Made by a program: the position numbers and the translations under genes. A stretch of DNA of 64,000 bases. Origin: an uncultured Elusimicrobia bacterium (GTDB lineage: Bacteria > Elusimicrobiota > Elusimicrobia > UBA1565 > UBA9628). Under the pieces are notes generated by a model, which did no database searches, was not told where the DNA came from, and saw nothing but the letters and a program-made list of their open reading frames with translations. Location of the stretch: positions 11,804 to 75,803 of the forward strand of contig CAIKVT010000024.1 in the NCBI GenBank assembly GCA_903830945.1, written 5' to 3'. Shown here piece by piece: positions 45,380 to 55,396 of the stretch. Every line of letters starts with the position of its first letter. The first letter of the stretch is position 1.

Positions 45380-48183
45380 GGGATCCCCATACGCATCTTC
45401 TGAAGCAGATAAGGCTGATGCACGGCATCCGACTTATAGCTGCCGGTCAGCGAATACATCAGGATGTCGAGGGTGAGCTTGCGCGCGTTATGACGCTGGG
45501 CCTCGCCACCGGGAAGGCAGGGCAGCAGCGGCCGGCCCAGGGCGTCCTTGACCCAGGCGCCCAGAAGGTCGTCGCGGGAATAGATTACGGCCGTGCGCTC
45601 ACCCCAGGAGACCCCTTCCAGGGTCCCGCGCACCATGACCCGGCCCGCAGCCCCGCGCAGAAGGAAGAAGGTCTTGAAGACCACATGCTCACCCGGCAGC
45701 GGCTGGAGTTCGGACTCGGCCAGCACGTCCTTGAGCGTGCCGCGCACCCAGCGGTCGAAGGAGCTCATCGCCAGCCCCGAGGTATCCTCGATCCACAGCA
45801 TCCCGCCCGCGGTCAGATAGGCGCGCAGGCGCCGCACGTCCTCGGCGTCGAGCGCCGGCGGGGCCTCGCGCCCCGCCAGGATGACCAGAGGGGAAGTGAA
45901 TAGAGCCGGGTCCTTGAGCATGATGACGCGCCGCTCCGGCTCCACCAGGACGCTGGTCACCGTGCCCAGAAGCTGCAGCACCTCCGCGGGCGCGTCCGGA
46001 TAGGGATCCCACGTCGAGCCGAGCTTCAGCTGGGTCCACACGAACCGGTCTCCCTGCTGAGCCGCGGCGGGCAGGCTCAGGCCCGCCAGCAAGAGCACGA
46101 GAAAGAAAACGCGCGGCAGGCACATAAGCATCTCGACGACCAGGCAGGCGATCGCGGCCGCCAGAGCCATGCCGCGCGCTTCGCGGCCGCGCACCTTGGT
46201 CCAGAACTCATCCCGCAGCCGCTCCACGCTCAATTCCCGCCAGGGGGCAAACGCAGCCGGCGCCGGATCGCTTTCGCCGGCGCCGCGGTCGAGGTTGACG
46301 GCGTAGACCCTGCCGCCGGTCTCATCCTCCATGACATAGAGTCCGGGCCTCGCCGTCTCGAAGTATTCCACCCGCCGGTCCTTGACCCAAAGCGTGGCGA
46401 CGCGCCCCTCGGGAGAACGCACTCTCACCCGAGCCGGGGCCGCCTCCTGGCGCGTCCAGGTCCTGACGATAGGCTCTCCCACCTTGACGCTGAAACTCTC
46501 GATGGCTCCCGCGGGCTCGCGCAAAAGCGAAAGGACGGCGGACACCAAGGCGGTGAAAACCGGCTTGACCGGCAGGTTGCCGGAGACGGCGTCAAACCCG
46601 GCTCCCCAGACCGCCACACGGCCGGCGCCATAGACGGCCGAAACCAAGAGCGGCGCGCCGGATGCAGTCCGCATCCAAACCTGGCCCCCCGGGCGCGGTG
46701 TCACGTCCAGGCGGCGCGTCAGCGCGACCTTGTCGAGTTCGAAGTCCCGCCAAGCCGAGGCTAGTGCGCCCGGCTCCAGACGCAGACCCCGCGCCGACTC
46801 CGGCTCGGCGGCGGCGATCCGGACCGGGAGCCACGGCGACAAGCCGCCCAGGACGAGGGCCCCTTCGCGGCTGCCCGGAAACAGCCACAGCCCGCCGCCC
46901 CGGCGGACATACGCCTCCAGGGCCGCGGCCGCGGCGGCGGGAAGCGCCTGGATATCGGCCAACGCCACGGCATCGTAATCCGCCAGCCGCACCCCGGAAG
47001 AGCCGAGCCGGCCCGACTCCGCGAAATCCGCGTCCCATTCCAGGAGCCGCTTACCGGGCCCGGCGAAAAGGTCCTGCAGGAAATACCCGGCATGGGGCGA
47101 GCGCAAAAAAGCGGGGTCGCCGTAGAGGACCAGCAGCCGGCCGCGGCGCGGCTGCCGGAAGGAATAGTAATAGGCATCGTCGGCCGGCAGGGCGTCGGGG
47201 CGCAGCTCCACGTGGCCGGACCACGTCGGCGCCAAAGCGCCGACGCCCCGAGCGTCATCAGGAGATGCGTTGACGATCGCGGGAGCCGGCGCAGGCGCCG
47301 GCCGGCCCGCGGGCAAGGGCACAGACGAGACGGCCTCGCCCCGGCCCCGCAACGCCACGGCGCTGGCCCCCAGGCGCGTGCGCTCCTGCCACAGGTCCAA
47401 AGACGAGTCCGCCGGGGCCGAAGCCCATAGCGCGACGCGCAAGGCCGGCTGGTCGGAGGAGCCGGCGCGCTCCGGACGGGCGGAGAGCACCGTCGCGTTG
47501 AACGGAGGGGACGGCCAGGAGATGCAGTAAAGGCCGATCCCAGGCTCCGGCGGGGGCAAGACCCCGCGCAGCCCATGAGCCGCGCCATCGCTCAAGAGCA
47601 AGACGGCGCGAGCCCTACGAGAGCGCCCCAAAAAGGCGTAGGCCGCGCGCAGAGCGGGAGCGTAATCGGTGCCGCGCGAGCCCGGGAGGGAATGGTCGAT
47701 GAGCTCCTGACAGGCACGCGGGCTCATCCAATCGAGCCCCGCGCCCTCCACGCGGTCGTTGAAAGCGGCGCAGGCCACGCGGTCGGAGGGCCGCAGGCTG
47801 CGCAGCAGCACATCCGCCGCCGCGCACGCCGCGGCCCAACGCGCGCGGCCCTGGCTCACCGCTCCCATCGAATAGGAGTCGTCCCAGAGCAGCACGAGGT
47901 CCACCCCGTCGCCGGCCGCGGCCCCGGGAGCCCCGCCGCCGCGCTGCTCCAGGACCGGTCCGGCATAGGCGGCGATCAGAGCCAGGACGACGGCGCAGCG
48001 GACCGCAGCAAGAAGCCATTGGCGCAGCCGGGTGCGCGGCAAGGCCTGGGCCTGGACCCGGCGCAGCAGGGTCAGATCCGAGAACTCCACCTTCCGGGCG
48101 CGGCGCCGGGACAACAGATGCAGGAGCAGAGGAACGCCCCCCAAGGGCAGGGCCCAAAGCACGGCCGGATTGGTGAAGGTCAC
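45376..48183 (-). CDS. BatA/vWA-domain protein fused to a DUF4159-like domain
   Basis: MTFTNP..L..L..P.LLHL (BatA), DDSYSM MIDAS, LLSDG, C-terminal YL..GG.L..ED..HVVFKTFF..YSLTGSYKSDAVH. Confidence 0.85.
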   Translation of the reverse strand: MTFTNPAVLWALPLGGVPLLLHLLSRRRARKVEFSDLTLLRRVQAQALPRTRLRQWLLAAVRCAVVLALIAAYAGPVLEQRGGGAPGAAAGDGVDLVLLWDDSYSMGAVSQGRARWAAACAAADVLLRSLRPSDRVACAAFNDRVEGAGLDWMSPRACQELIDHSLPGSRGTDYAPALRAAYAFLGRSRRARAVLLLSDGAAHGLRGVLPPPEPGIGLYCISWPSPPFNATVLSARPERAGSSDQPALRVALWASAPADSSLDLWQERTRLGASAVALRGRGEAVSSVPLPAGRPAPAPAPAIVNASPDDARGVGALAPTWSGHVELRPDALPADDAYYYSFRQPRRGRLLVLYGDPAFLRSPHAGYFLQDLFAGPGKRLLEWDADFAESGRLGSSGVRLADYDAVALADIQALPAAAAAALEAYVRRGGGLWLFPGSREGALVLGGLSPWLPVRIAAAEPESARGLRLEPGALASAWRDFELDKVALTRRLDVTPRPGGQVWMRTASGAPLLVSAVYGAGRVAVWGAGFDAVSGNLPVKPVFTALVSAVLSLLREPAGAIESFSVKVGEPIVRTWTRQEAAPARVRVRSPEGRVATLWVKDRRVEYFETARPGLYVMEDETGGRVYAVNLDRGAGESDPAPAAFAPWRELSVERLRDEFWTKVRGREARGMALAAAIACLVVEMLMCLPRVFFLVLLLAGLSLPAAAQQGDRFVWTQLKLGSTWDPYPDAPAEVLQLLGTVTSVLVEPERRVIMLKDPALFTSPLVILAGREAPPALDAEDVRRLRAYLTAGGMLWIEDTSGLAMSSFDRWVRGTLKDVLAESELQPLPGEHVVFKTFFLLRGAAGRVMVRGTLEGVSWGERTAVIYSRDDLLGAWVKDALGRPLLPCLPGGEAQRHNARKLTLDILMYSLTGSYKSDAVHQPYLLQKMRMGIP

Positions 48184-49061
48184 GGCATCCTACGGCCCAG
48201 GAAGCGCGCCAAGTCCTCGTCCCAAGGGCGGTCGTTGTAGAAACTCATGTAGGATATGGCGGCACCGTGGAAGCCCGCCTCATAGAGCTTCTGCTGGCGC
48301 TGGAAGGCCGCCCGATAGGCGTCTTGAAGGGAGGACGCGTCGCAGTAAAGCTCCTGCCGGTCCTCCAGGCCCCGGAACAGAGTGGGCCCCGCGAAGCCGA
48401 AGTCCCTCTCGGCCGGATCGAGCACCTGCAAGACCATGAGCTCATGGCGACGCGCTTGCAGGGCCTTGACCACCTTAAGGATGGCGTCACAGTCTCCGAG
48501 GAGGTCCGAGATCAAAACGACCAAGGAACGACGGCGGATGCGGACGGCGGCGGCCTCCAGAGCCGCGGCCAGGTCGGTCTCGCCGCCGGCTTGGCTGCGC
48601 CCCAGCAGGCCGTCGAGGACCTCGAGCTGTCCGAAGCTGGTGCGGGGGGGGATGAACTCGCGGGGCTGCGTGTCGAAGGTCGCCAGGCCGACGGCGTCGC
48701 CCTCGGCGAGGACGAGGAAAGCGGCAGCCATGGCCAAGCGGCAGGCATTCTCCCACTTGGCCGGACGGCCGCCCGCGGCATAGGCCATGGATCCGGAAAC
48801 GTCGAGAAGAACCATGCCGGTGAGGATGTTCTCGGATTGGTACTGGCGCACGTAGAAGCGCTCCTGGCGGGCGAAGACCTTCCAATCGAGAGCCTTGATC
48901 TCGTCGCCGGGGACATAGGCGCGATGGTGGGCGAACTCATGCGAAATACCTCGGGCCGAGCTGCGATGACGGCCGGTCAGGTGGCCTTCGGCAGTTATGC
49001 GGCGCAGGTTGAGGCTGAGGTTGCGCAACTTGGCCAGGGCGACGGGGTCAAGATAGCGCAT
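48180..49061 (-). CDS. DUF58 family protein
   Basis: G.HRS...G...EFAHHRAY.PGD....DWK..AR, LDVSGSM, ISDL. Preceded by TAGAAT-N6-ATG. Confidence 0.92.
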   Translation of the reverse strand: MRYLDPVALAKLRNLSLNLRRITAEGHLTGRHRSSARGISHEFAHHRAYVPGDEIKALDWKVFARQERFYVRQYQSENILTGMVLLDVSGSMAYAAGGRPAKWENACRLAMAAAFLVLAEGDAVGLATFDTQPREFIPPRTSFGQLEVLDGLLGRSQAGGETDLAAALEAAAVRIRRRSLVVLISDLLGDCDAILKVVKALQARRHELMVLQVLDPAERDFGFAGPTLFRGLEDRQELYCDASSLQDAYRAAFQRQQKLYEAGFHGAAISYMSFYNDRPWDEDLARFLGRRMP

Positions 49062-49137
49062 GAGGGAATTCTACTAATATGAGCGTACGGGGCGCTTGCT
49101 GCGGCAGGAGGCTACCCTATATCATCTTTATGCGCTG

Positions 49138-49698
49138 CTATCGATCGACTTCCAGAGGTATTAAAAGCGGCGTCGAACTTTCATTGCTCTCGATGAGGGC
49201 CAGAATCCTCACAGGGCCGCCGCCCTGCGTTAGACCAGCCAGCTCGCGGGCGGCGGGATCGGTCCAGGAAATTTTCTTGGCAGCGTCTTGGCCGCAATAG
49301 AAGGCCCCTTCCGGCCCGCGGGCGATTTCCCACAGCACGGGCTTGCCGGCCCATACCAAGGGATCGGCGGCGACCTCTTCATAGCTCAGCGGATGCTGCG
49401 CCACCCAGGCACGATAGGGAGCGCATGCTACGAATTGCTGCCGCCGATCCAAAAAGGCCTCGACCGACTCCACCCATTTTCCGACGTCGAGATAATACGC
49501 CGAGAGCGCCAACAGCAGGGATACCCACAGCAAAGGGCTACCCCGGGACCGCTTAATTTCCGCGGGCGCGACGGGGCCGGAAGTATCCTGCTGCAGTCTT
49601 AAACCCTGGTCCGTGCACACATAGATCCGCGGCGGCGGGTCCGGCGGGCGGTTTTCAGAAGCAGGTCGTTCATGTTGATGATCCAGATTCGGACTCAT
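49138..49698 (-). CDS. Hypothetical single-TM protein
   Basis: TM LLWVSLLLALSAYYL; preceded by TACGAT-N6-ATG. Confidence 0.55.
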   Translation of the reverse strand: MSPNLDHQHERPASENRPPDPPPRIYVCTDQGLRLQQDTSGPVAPAEIKRSRGSPLLWVSLLLALSAYYLDVGKWVESVEAFLDRRQQFVACAPYRAWVAQHPLSYEEVAADPLVWAGKPVLWEIARGPEGAFYCGQDAAKKISWTDPAARELAGLTQGGGPVRILALIESNESSTPLLIPLEVDR

Positions 49699-49771
49699 AC
49701 GGCAATCGTAACTTACCAGACGGCACTGAAGCCAGGAGTTTCACAAGCATAAAATCGCTATACTTGATTCC

Positions 49772-52696
49772 GTGAAGACTACCAAGACCTTCTTGATTTT
49801 CTTGCTGCTGCTGCCGAGCCTGCTCTTAGCCGCTCCCCAGCCGGCTTTAGCCGGGGATTGGATGCCCAAAGCGCCGGAGCCTCTCGATAGGCCCTTGCCC
49901 TCGGACATGATGCAGACGACCATCCATCGCCTGCCCAATGGTCTGACCGTGTACCTCAGCCCCAACCATGAGGTGCCGCGCATAGCGGCCTGGATCGCGG
50001 TGCGCGCGGGCAGCGCGATGGACCCCGCCGACTCCACGGGCCTGGCGCATTACCTGGAGCACATGAATTTCAAGGGAACCACGTCCATCGGGACGCTGGA
50101 CTACGCGAAGGAAAAGCCGCATCTGGACCGCATCACCCAACTCTATGAAGAGCATTTCCGCGCCCAGACTCCCGCGGAGCGCGAGCGCATCTATAAAGAG
50201 ATCGACCGGGAGAACATCGAAGCCGAGAAATACGAGATCCCCAACGAGATGGATAAGATTTACCAGCGCCTGGGATTCCAGGGCTTGAACGCCTTCACCT
50301 CCGACGAAGAGACCGTCTACCACGTGGATCTGCCGTCCAACCGCGCCGAGGCCTGGGCAAAACTCGAGTCCGAGCGCTTCGCGCACCCGGTCTTCCGCCT
50401 CTTCCAGAACGAGCTCGAAGTGGTCTACGAGGAGAAAAACCGCAGCCTGGACAACAGGGAGCGGCTCATTTCCGAGGCCCTCAACAAGCAGCTCTACAAG
50501 CTCCATCCCTACGGCACGCAGACCACCATCGGGACCATCGAGCATCTCAAGAACCCCTCGCTGGCCCACATGTACGGCTTCTTCGACAGCTATTACCACC
50601 CCAACAACATGGCGCTCGTGCTGGCCGGCGACTTCGACCGCCAGAAGATGCTCGATCTGCTCTCCAAGTACTTCGGGACCTGGCAGCCGCAAGCCAGGCC
50701 CGAGCCCCGGACTTGGCCCTTGCCCAAGCCGAAGGGCCGGGAGCTCGTGGAGGTCAAGTACGAGGCCGAGGAAAAGGCCATCATCGCCTGGCCCACGGTC
50801 CCGCGCGGGCACGCCGACGCCGACGCGCTCACGGTGCTGGACATGCTCATGGACAACTCCGCAGCCGGCCTCATCAACCTCGACCTCGTGCAGGCCCAGA
50901 AGGTCAAGGCCGCCGGTTCCGGTCCCAGCTTCTACAACGAGGCGGGCGACTGGAGCATGTGGGCGGTGACCAAGAAGGGGCAGACGCTGGAGGAGGCGGA
51001 GGCCCTGCTGATGGCCGAGGTGGCCAAGCTCAAAGCCGGGGCATTCCGCGAGGAAGACATCAAAGCCGTGATCACCAGCTTCGAGGTGTCCGAGAAATCC
51101 AAGCTCGAATCCAACGAGGCCCGCGCCGCCGAGATGGCCGACTCCTTCGTGCATCTCGAGTCCTGGCCGGCCACGGCCGGGCGGCTCGACCGCCTGCGCC
51201 AGGTGACCAAGGCCGACGTCCTGCGGGTCGCCGATCTCTACCTGGGAGCGGACCGCGTGGTGGCCTTCCGGCGCAACGCCAAGCCCGAGATCCCCAACAT
51301 CGCCAAGCCTGGATTCGCCAAGGTGGACATCGATCCCGCGCGCGAATCGTCTTTCGCCAAGGAGATCTATGCCCTGCCGGCCCGGCTTTTACAGCCGCGC
51401 TGGCTCGCGGCGGGCCGCGACTACACGATCACGCCTCTGCCCTCCGGCAAGCTCTACGCCGCGAGGAACCCGTTCAACGACCTCTTCCAGCTCACCTGGG
51501 TCTTCGACCGGGGCCGGCGCCAGGAGCGTAGCCTCTGCGCCGCCCTGGACCTCCTGGAGCTTTCCGGCACGGGAGACATGAGCGCCGACGAGTTCAAGAA
51601 GAAGCTCTTCAGCCTGGGCACGAGCCTCAGCTACGGCTGCGGCGAATGGGATTCGAGCATTTCTTTGGCCGGGCTCGACTCCAACCTTTGGACCTCGCTG
51701 CGCCTGATGAACCAGCGTTTCGAGTCGCCTTACATCGCGCCGGACATGCTCCAGCGCATGGTCGATGTGAAGATCGGCGCCCACGCGGATGCCAAGAAGG
51801 ATCCCGGCGCCGTTTACAACGCCTTGGGCAGCTTCGCCTTCCGCGGCCCAGACAGCGCGGTGCTCAACGAGCTCTCGAACCAGGAACTGCTGGCGCTGAA
51901 GTCCGATGGCCTGCGCCGCCTGATGCATGGGTTCATGGGCTTCCAGCGCCGCACCGCTTACGTTGGCAATCGCGAGCCCTCGGAGCTGGCCAAGCTCCTG
52001 GAAGATCCTGGCCGCAGCTATGAGGCTGCGCCGGCTCATACGCCGCTGCGCTATCAGAAGCCGGCCCAGCCCGTCGTCTACTTCACGCACCGCGACATGG
52101 TGCAGTCGAAAGTCGGCGTGTTCGCGGCCGACGACATACTCGACCCGGAGCGCGCCGTCGATTATTCATTCTTCAACGACTACCTGGACGGCGGCATGAA
52201 TTCCGTCATCTTCCAGGAGATCCGCGAGGCGCGCTCGCTGGCCTACTCGGCCTGGGGCGGCTATGCCCCGGCCTGGCACAAAGGCGACGACAACAGGATC
52301 ATGGGCGCCCTGGGCTGCCAGGCCGACAAGACCGTCGAGGCGGCGACCCTGCTGCGCGACCTGATCACGTCCCCGCCTTGGTCGCAGCAGCGCTTCACGG
52401 ACGCGGCGCGAGCCATCGAGGAGGACTACCGCACCAATCCAATCCCCTTTCGCGCCATCCCCGGCGCCCTGCTCGGCTGGGAAGACCAGGGGATCACGGG
52501 CGGCGACCCGCGGCCGCGGCGCTTCGAGAAGGCGCTCCAATACCGGCTCGCCGACCTCGAGGCGTTCGCCCAGCATCTCAAAGACAAAGTCATGACGATC
52601 TATGTGCTGGGCAGCCGCGACCGCCTGGGCCTCGACGGACTCAAGAAGCTGGGAGACCTCCAGGAGAAAAAGCTCGATCAGATCTTCCCGTATTAG
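49772..52696 (+). CDS. Secreted M16 (insulinase-like) zinc peptidase
   Basis: Signal peptide, LPNGLTV, GLAHYLEH (HxxEH), NAFTS, VVYEE, EIREARSLAYS. Confidence 0.93.
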   Translation: MKTTKTFLIFLLLLPSLLLAAPQPALAGDWMPKAPEPLDRPLPSDMMQTTIHRLPNGLTVYLSPNHEVPRIAAWIAVRAGSAMDPADSTGLAHYLEHMNFKGTTSIGTLDYAKEKPHLDRITQLYEEHFRAQTPAERERIYKEIDRENIEAEKYEIPNEMDKIYQRLGFQGLNAFTSDEETVYHVDLPSNRAEAWAKLESERFAHPVFRLFQNELEVVYEEKNRSLDNRERLISEALNKQLYKLHPYGTQTTIGTIEHLKNPSLAHMYGFFDSYYHPNNMALVLAGDFDRQKMLDLLSKYFGTWQPQARPEPRTWPLPKPKGRELVEVKYEAEEKAIIAWPTVPRGHADADALTVLDMLMDNSAAGLINLDLVQAQKVKAAGSGPSFYNEAGDWSMWAVTKKGQTLEEAEALLMAEVAKLKAGAFREEDIKAVITSFEVSEKSKLESNEARAAEMADSFVHLESWPATAGRLDRLRQVTKADVLRVADLYLGADRVVAFRRNAKPEIPNIAKPGFAKVDIDPARESSFAKEIYALPARLLQPRWLAAGRDYTITPLPSGKLYAARNPFNDLFQLTWVFDRGRRQERSLCAALDLLELSGTGDMSADEFKKKLFSLGTSLSYGCGEWDSSISLAGLDSNLWTSLRLMNQRFESPYIAPDMLQRMVDVKIGAHADAKKDPGAVYNALGSFAFRGPDSAVLNELSNQELLALKSDGLRRLMHGFMGFQRRTAYVGNREPSELAKLLEDPGRSYEAAPAHTPLRYQKPAQPVVYFTHRDMVQSKVGVFAADDILDPERAVDYSFFNDYLDGGMNSVIFQEIREARSLAYSAWGGYAPAWHKGDDNRIMGALGCQADKTVEAATLLRDLITSPPWSQQRFTDAARAIEEDYRTNPIPFRAIPGALLGWEDQGITGGDPRPRRFEKALQYRLADLEAFAQHLKDKVMTIYVLGSRDRLGLDGLKKLGDLQEKKLDQIFPY

Positions 52697-52751
52697 ACGG
52701 CCGAGGCACATTTAATACAATCGCGGCTGACGACGCAGGGGGGGGGGCGAT

Positions 52752-53123
52752 ATGACCTTCAAGTTTGCGCACAACAATCTCAATGTGCTGGACCTCCAGA
52801 AGAGCCTGGATTTCTATGACCAGGCCCTGGGCCTCAAGGAGACCCGGCGTATCAATTCACCAGACAAAAGCTTCACTCTGGTCTTTTTGAGCGACGGCGT
52901 CACGCCGCACAAGCTGGAATTGACCTATCTGCGGGACCGCAAGGAAAAATACAAGCTCGGCGACAACGAGTTCCATCTGGCCTTCACCGCATCCGACTAT
53001 GCCGGAGCCCACGCACAGCACAAGGCGATGGACTGCATCTGCTACGAAAACGAGAAGATGGGGATCTATTTCATCGAGGACCCGGACGGCTACTGGCTCG
53101 AGATCCTTCCCAATAAGCGCTGA
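52752..53123 (+). CDS. Lactoylglutathione lyase / VOC family
   Basis: HNNLNV.DL..S..FY...LG, LELT, HLAF, FIEDPDGYWLE. Confidence 0.88.
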   Translation: MTFKFAHNNLNVLDLQKSLDFYDQALGLKETRRINSPDKSFTLVFLSDGVTPHKLELTYLRDRKEKYKLGDNEFHLAFTASDYAGAHAQHKAMDCICYENEKMGIYFIEDPDGYWLEILPNKR

Positions 53124-53158
53124 CCGGTGACAGTCTTGGACTGTCTTAACTTCGCAGG

Positions 53159-54151
53159 CTAGTCCTGGAGCAGCCGCTCGATCAGAGCATCGGGTTTTAC
53201 GCCCTCTGCCTCGGCCTGGAAATTAAGCACCAGGCGATGGCGCAAGACCGGCTTGGCCAGGGCCCTGATATCGTCAAGGCACACCGCGAAGCGGCCGGAG
53301 AGAAGAGCCCGGGCCTTGGCGCCCACCACCAAGGCCTGGCTGGCGCGCGGCCCCGCGCCCCAGGCCACCCACTTCTTGACATCCTCGCGGACCCCAGCCT
53401 CGCTGGGCCGAGTCATGCGGGCTAAGCGCACCGCGTAGTCCACGACGGAATCCGGCGCCGGAACCCGCCGCACCAGGTCCTGGAAGGCCAACACCTCGGC
53501 GCCGGTCAACACCGGTGCCAGCTTCACATCCTTGGCGCCCGTGGTCTCGGTCACGATGCGCCGCTCCTCATCGGCGGTAGGATAACCCACCGCGATCTGC
53601 AGAAAAAAACGGTCCAACTGCGCCTCGGGCAGGGGGTAGGTCCCTTCCTGCTCGATCGGGTTCTGCGTGGCCATCACAAAGAAGGGCCGCGGCAAAGGCC
53701 GGGTCGCGCCCGCGGAAGTGACCTGCCACTCCTGCATGGCCTCCAGAACCGCGGACTGCGTCTTCGGCGGAGTGCGGTTGATCTCATCGGCCAGGATCAT
53801 ATTGGCGAAGACCGGGCCGGGCAGGAAGCGAAAAGAACGCTGACGGGTTTCAGGGTCCTCATGCAGGACCTCGGTGCCGGTCACGTCGGAAGGCATCAGG
53901 TCCGGGGTGAACTGGATACGGGAGAACTTCAAGTCCAGAAGTCTGGAAAGGCTTGAGATCATCAGAGTCTTGGCCAAGCCCGGCACGCCCTCGAGCAAGC
54001 AGTGTCCCCGCGAGAACAAGGCGATTAAGAGCTCCTCGATGACATGGTCCTGACCGATGATCACCGAATGGATGCCGCGCAGGACGGCATCCTTGGCCTT
54101 AAGCAGGCTCTCAGCGGCTTTCACGTCGTCGGCAAGCGCCATCTTACCCAT
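53159..54151 (-). CDS. MoxR-family AAA+ ATPase
   Basis: LLEGVPGLAKT, RIQFTPDLMPSD, ADEINR.PPKTQ, ATQNPIEQEGTYPLPEAQLDRF. SD GAGGAG. Confidence 0.95.
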   Translation of the reverse strand: MGKMALADDVKAAESLLKAKDAVLRGIHSVIIGQDHVIEELLIALFSRGHCLLEGVPGLAKTLMISSLSRLLDLKFSRIQFTPDLMPSDVTGTEVLHEDPETRQRSFRFLPGPVFANMILADEINRTPPKTQSAVLEAMQEWQVTSAGATRPLPRPFFVMATQNPIEQEGTYPLPEAQLDRFFLQIAVGYPTADEERRIVTETTGAKDVKLAPVLTGAEVLAFQDLVRRVPAPDSVVDYAVRLARMTRPSEAGVREDVKKWVAWGAGPRASQALVVGAKARALLSGRFAVCLDDIRALAKPVLRHRLVLNFQAEAEGVKPDALIERLLQD

Positions 54152-54189
54152 GTCGAGACTCCTCGTCGCATCTAAACTCCTCACCGTGC

Positions 54190-55290
54190 TCAAGAGCCAT
54201 GATTGCGCCACCAGAACCAGAGCACGGCGGCCAACAGCAAAATAAGGACCAGCGTGCTCGTCCAGGGCGAGAGCACTGCCAATCGGCGCGCCACAGGCAG
54301 CCTGGGGGAGGCCGCCACGAGCTTGGGCACGGCCGACGGGCCCAAAGACAAGGAGCCCAACATCGCCTTGGCCAATTCCGGGGCCTTGCCCCCCTTGGCC
54401 AGGATGGAGTACCCCCAGTAAGCCCAGGGCATATAGCCGGCCAAGAACGCCCCCTCGCCCGCCGCATCGGCGACCCGCGCCGAGGCGTAAATGAAATCGG
54501 GCCCGGCCGAGGTCATAAGGTACTGCACGGAAGTCAAAGTCTTTGGCTCGACCCCCGGGGCCGCAAGCACCGTTGCCTTGACGATCTCAGGCCGGTCCTT
54601 GACCAGAGTCCCGTCGTCGGCCAACTTCAGGACCAACAGCTCGGCGCCGGAACCCTCGAAAGCGCCCACAAATCCCATCTGCCGCTCGCGCGAGGTCAGC
54701 GCCCGGGCGCGCAGCCCCGGCGGCAGGTTAAAACGCAGCTGTCCATCGACGCTCTCAGCGACCGCGGCGGCTCCCGCGACCGGGGTCCCGGTTCCTTTAA
54801 GTGAGCCCAGGATGGAAGGCAGCAAGGTCTCGGGCACGGCGCTGACCAGCGTGCCGAGCAGGTAGGCCCCGTCGACTTCCATGACCGCCAGAGTCATGCG
54901 CGGCTTGTCGTCAAGGTCAGCCCGCAGGCAGGTCGCCGTCACGCCGTTGGCGTAGGAGGCAGTCTCGACGTTCGCGGCCGCTTTGAACTTGAGGTGCGTG
55001 CGCGCGCTGATGCCGTAAACCACGTTCGAAAGAAAAGTGCGCACGGCCGCGCGGTTCTCCAGGCTGACCGGGTTGATTCGGGCCAGGACGAAGGAGCTCT
55101 TCTCCGGCCCCTTGAGCAGGAGAAGCAGGCTGGGATTATCTCCGGACAGGGGCGCCAGAGACCAGCCGGCCGGAGGTTCGATGGTGAAGGGGGGAGGGGG
55201 AGATGCGACGTCACCTTGAGCCGCGCGCAGGGGCACGCCAGCTGCGGCCAGGAACAAGCCGATCGCAAAGGCTGTCATGTGCCGATTCAT
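54190..55290 (-). CDS. Hypothetical exported protein with a C-terminal membrane anchor
   Basis: Signal peptide; two similar halves (F.IEPPAGW / FNLPPGL); C-terminal TM followed by WWRN. Confidence 0.6.
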   Translation of the reverse strand: MNRHMTAFAIGLFLAAAGVPLRAAQGDVASPPPPFTIEPPAGWSLAPLSGDNPSLLLLLKGPEKSSFVLARINPVSLENRAAVRTFLSNVVYGISARTHLKFKAAANVETASYANGVTATCLRADLDDKPRMTLAVMEVDGAYLLGTLVSAVPETLLPSILGSLKGTGTPVAGAAAVAESVDGQLRFNLPPGLRARALTSRERQMGFVGAFEGSGAELLVLKLADDGTLVKDRPEIVKATVLAAPGVEPKTLTSVQYLMTSAGPDFIYASARVADAAGEGAFLAGYMPWAYWGYSILAKGGKAPELAKAMLGSLSLGPSAVPKLVAASPRLPVARRLAVLSPWTSTLVLILLLAAVLWFWWRNHGS

Positions 55291-55396
55291 CAGACAGGTA
55301 GTTTATCAGCCTAGGACAGCCCACGCAAGCCTAATTGAATGTCCGAAGTCCCGCGCCCACTTCCTTATGAGCGGGAGGATTTGACATAATCTCACC

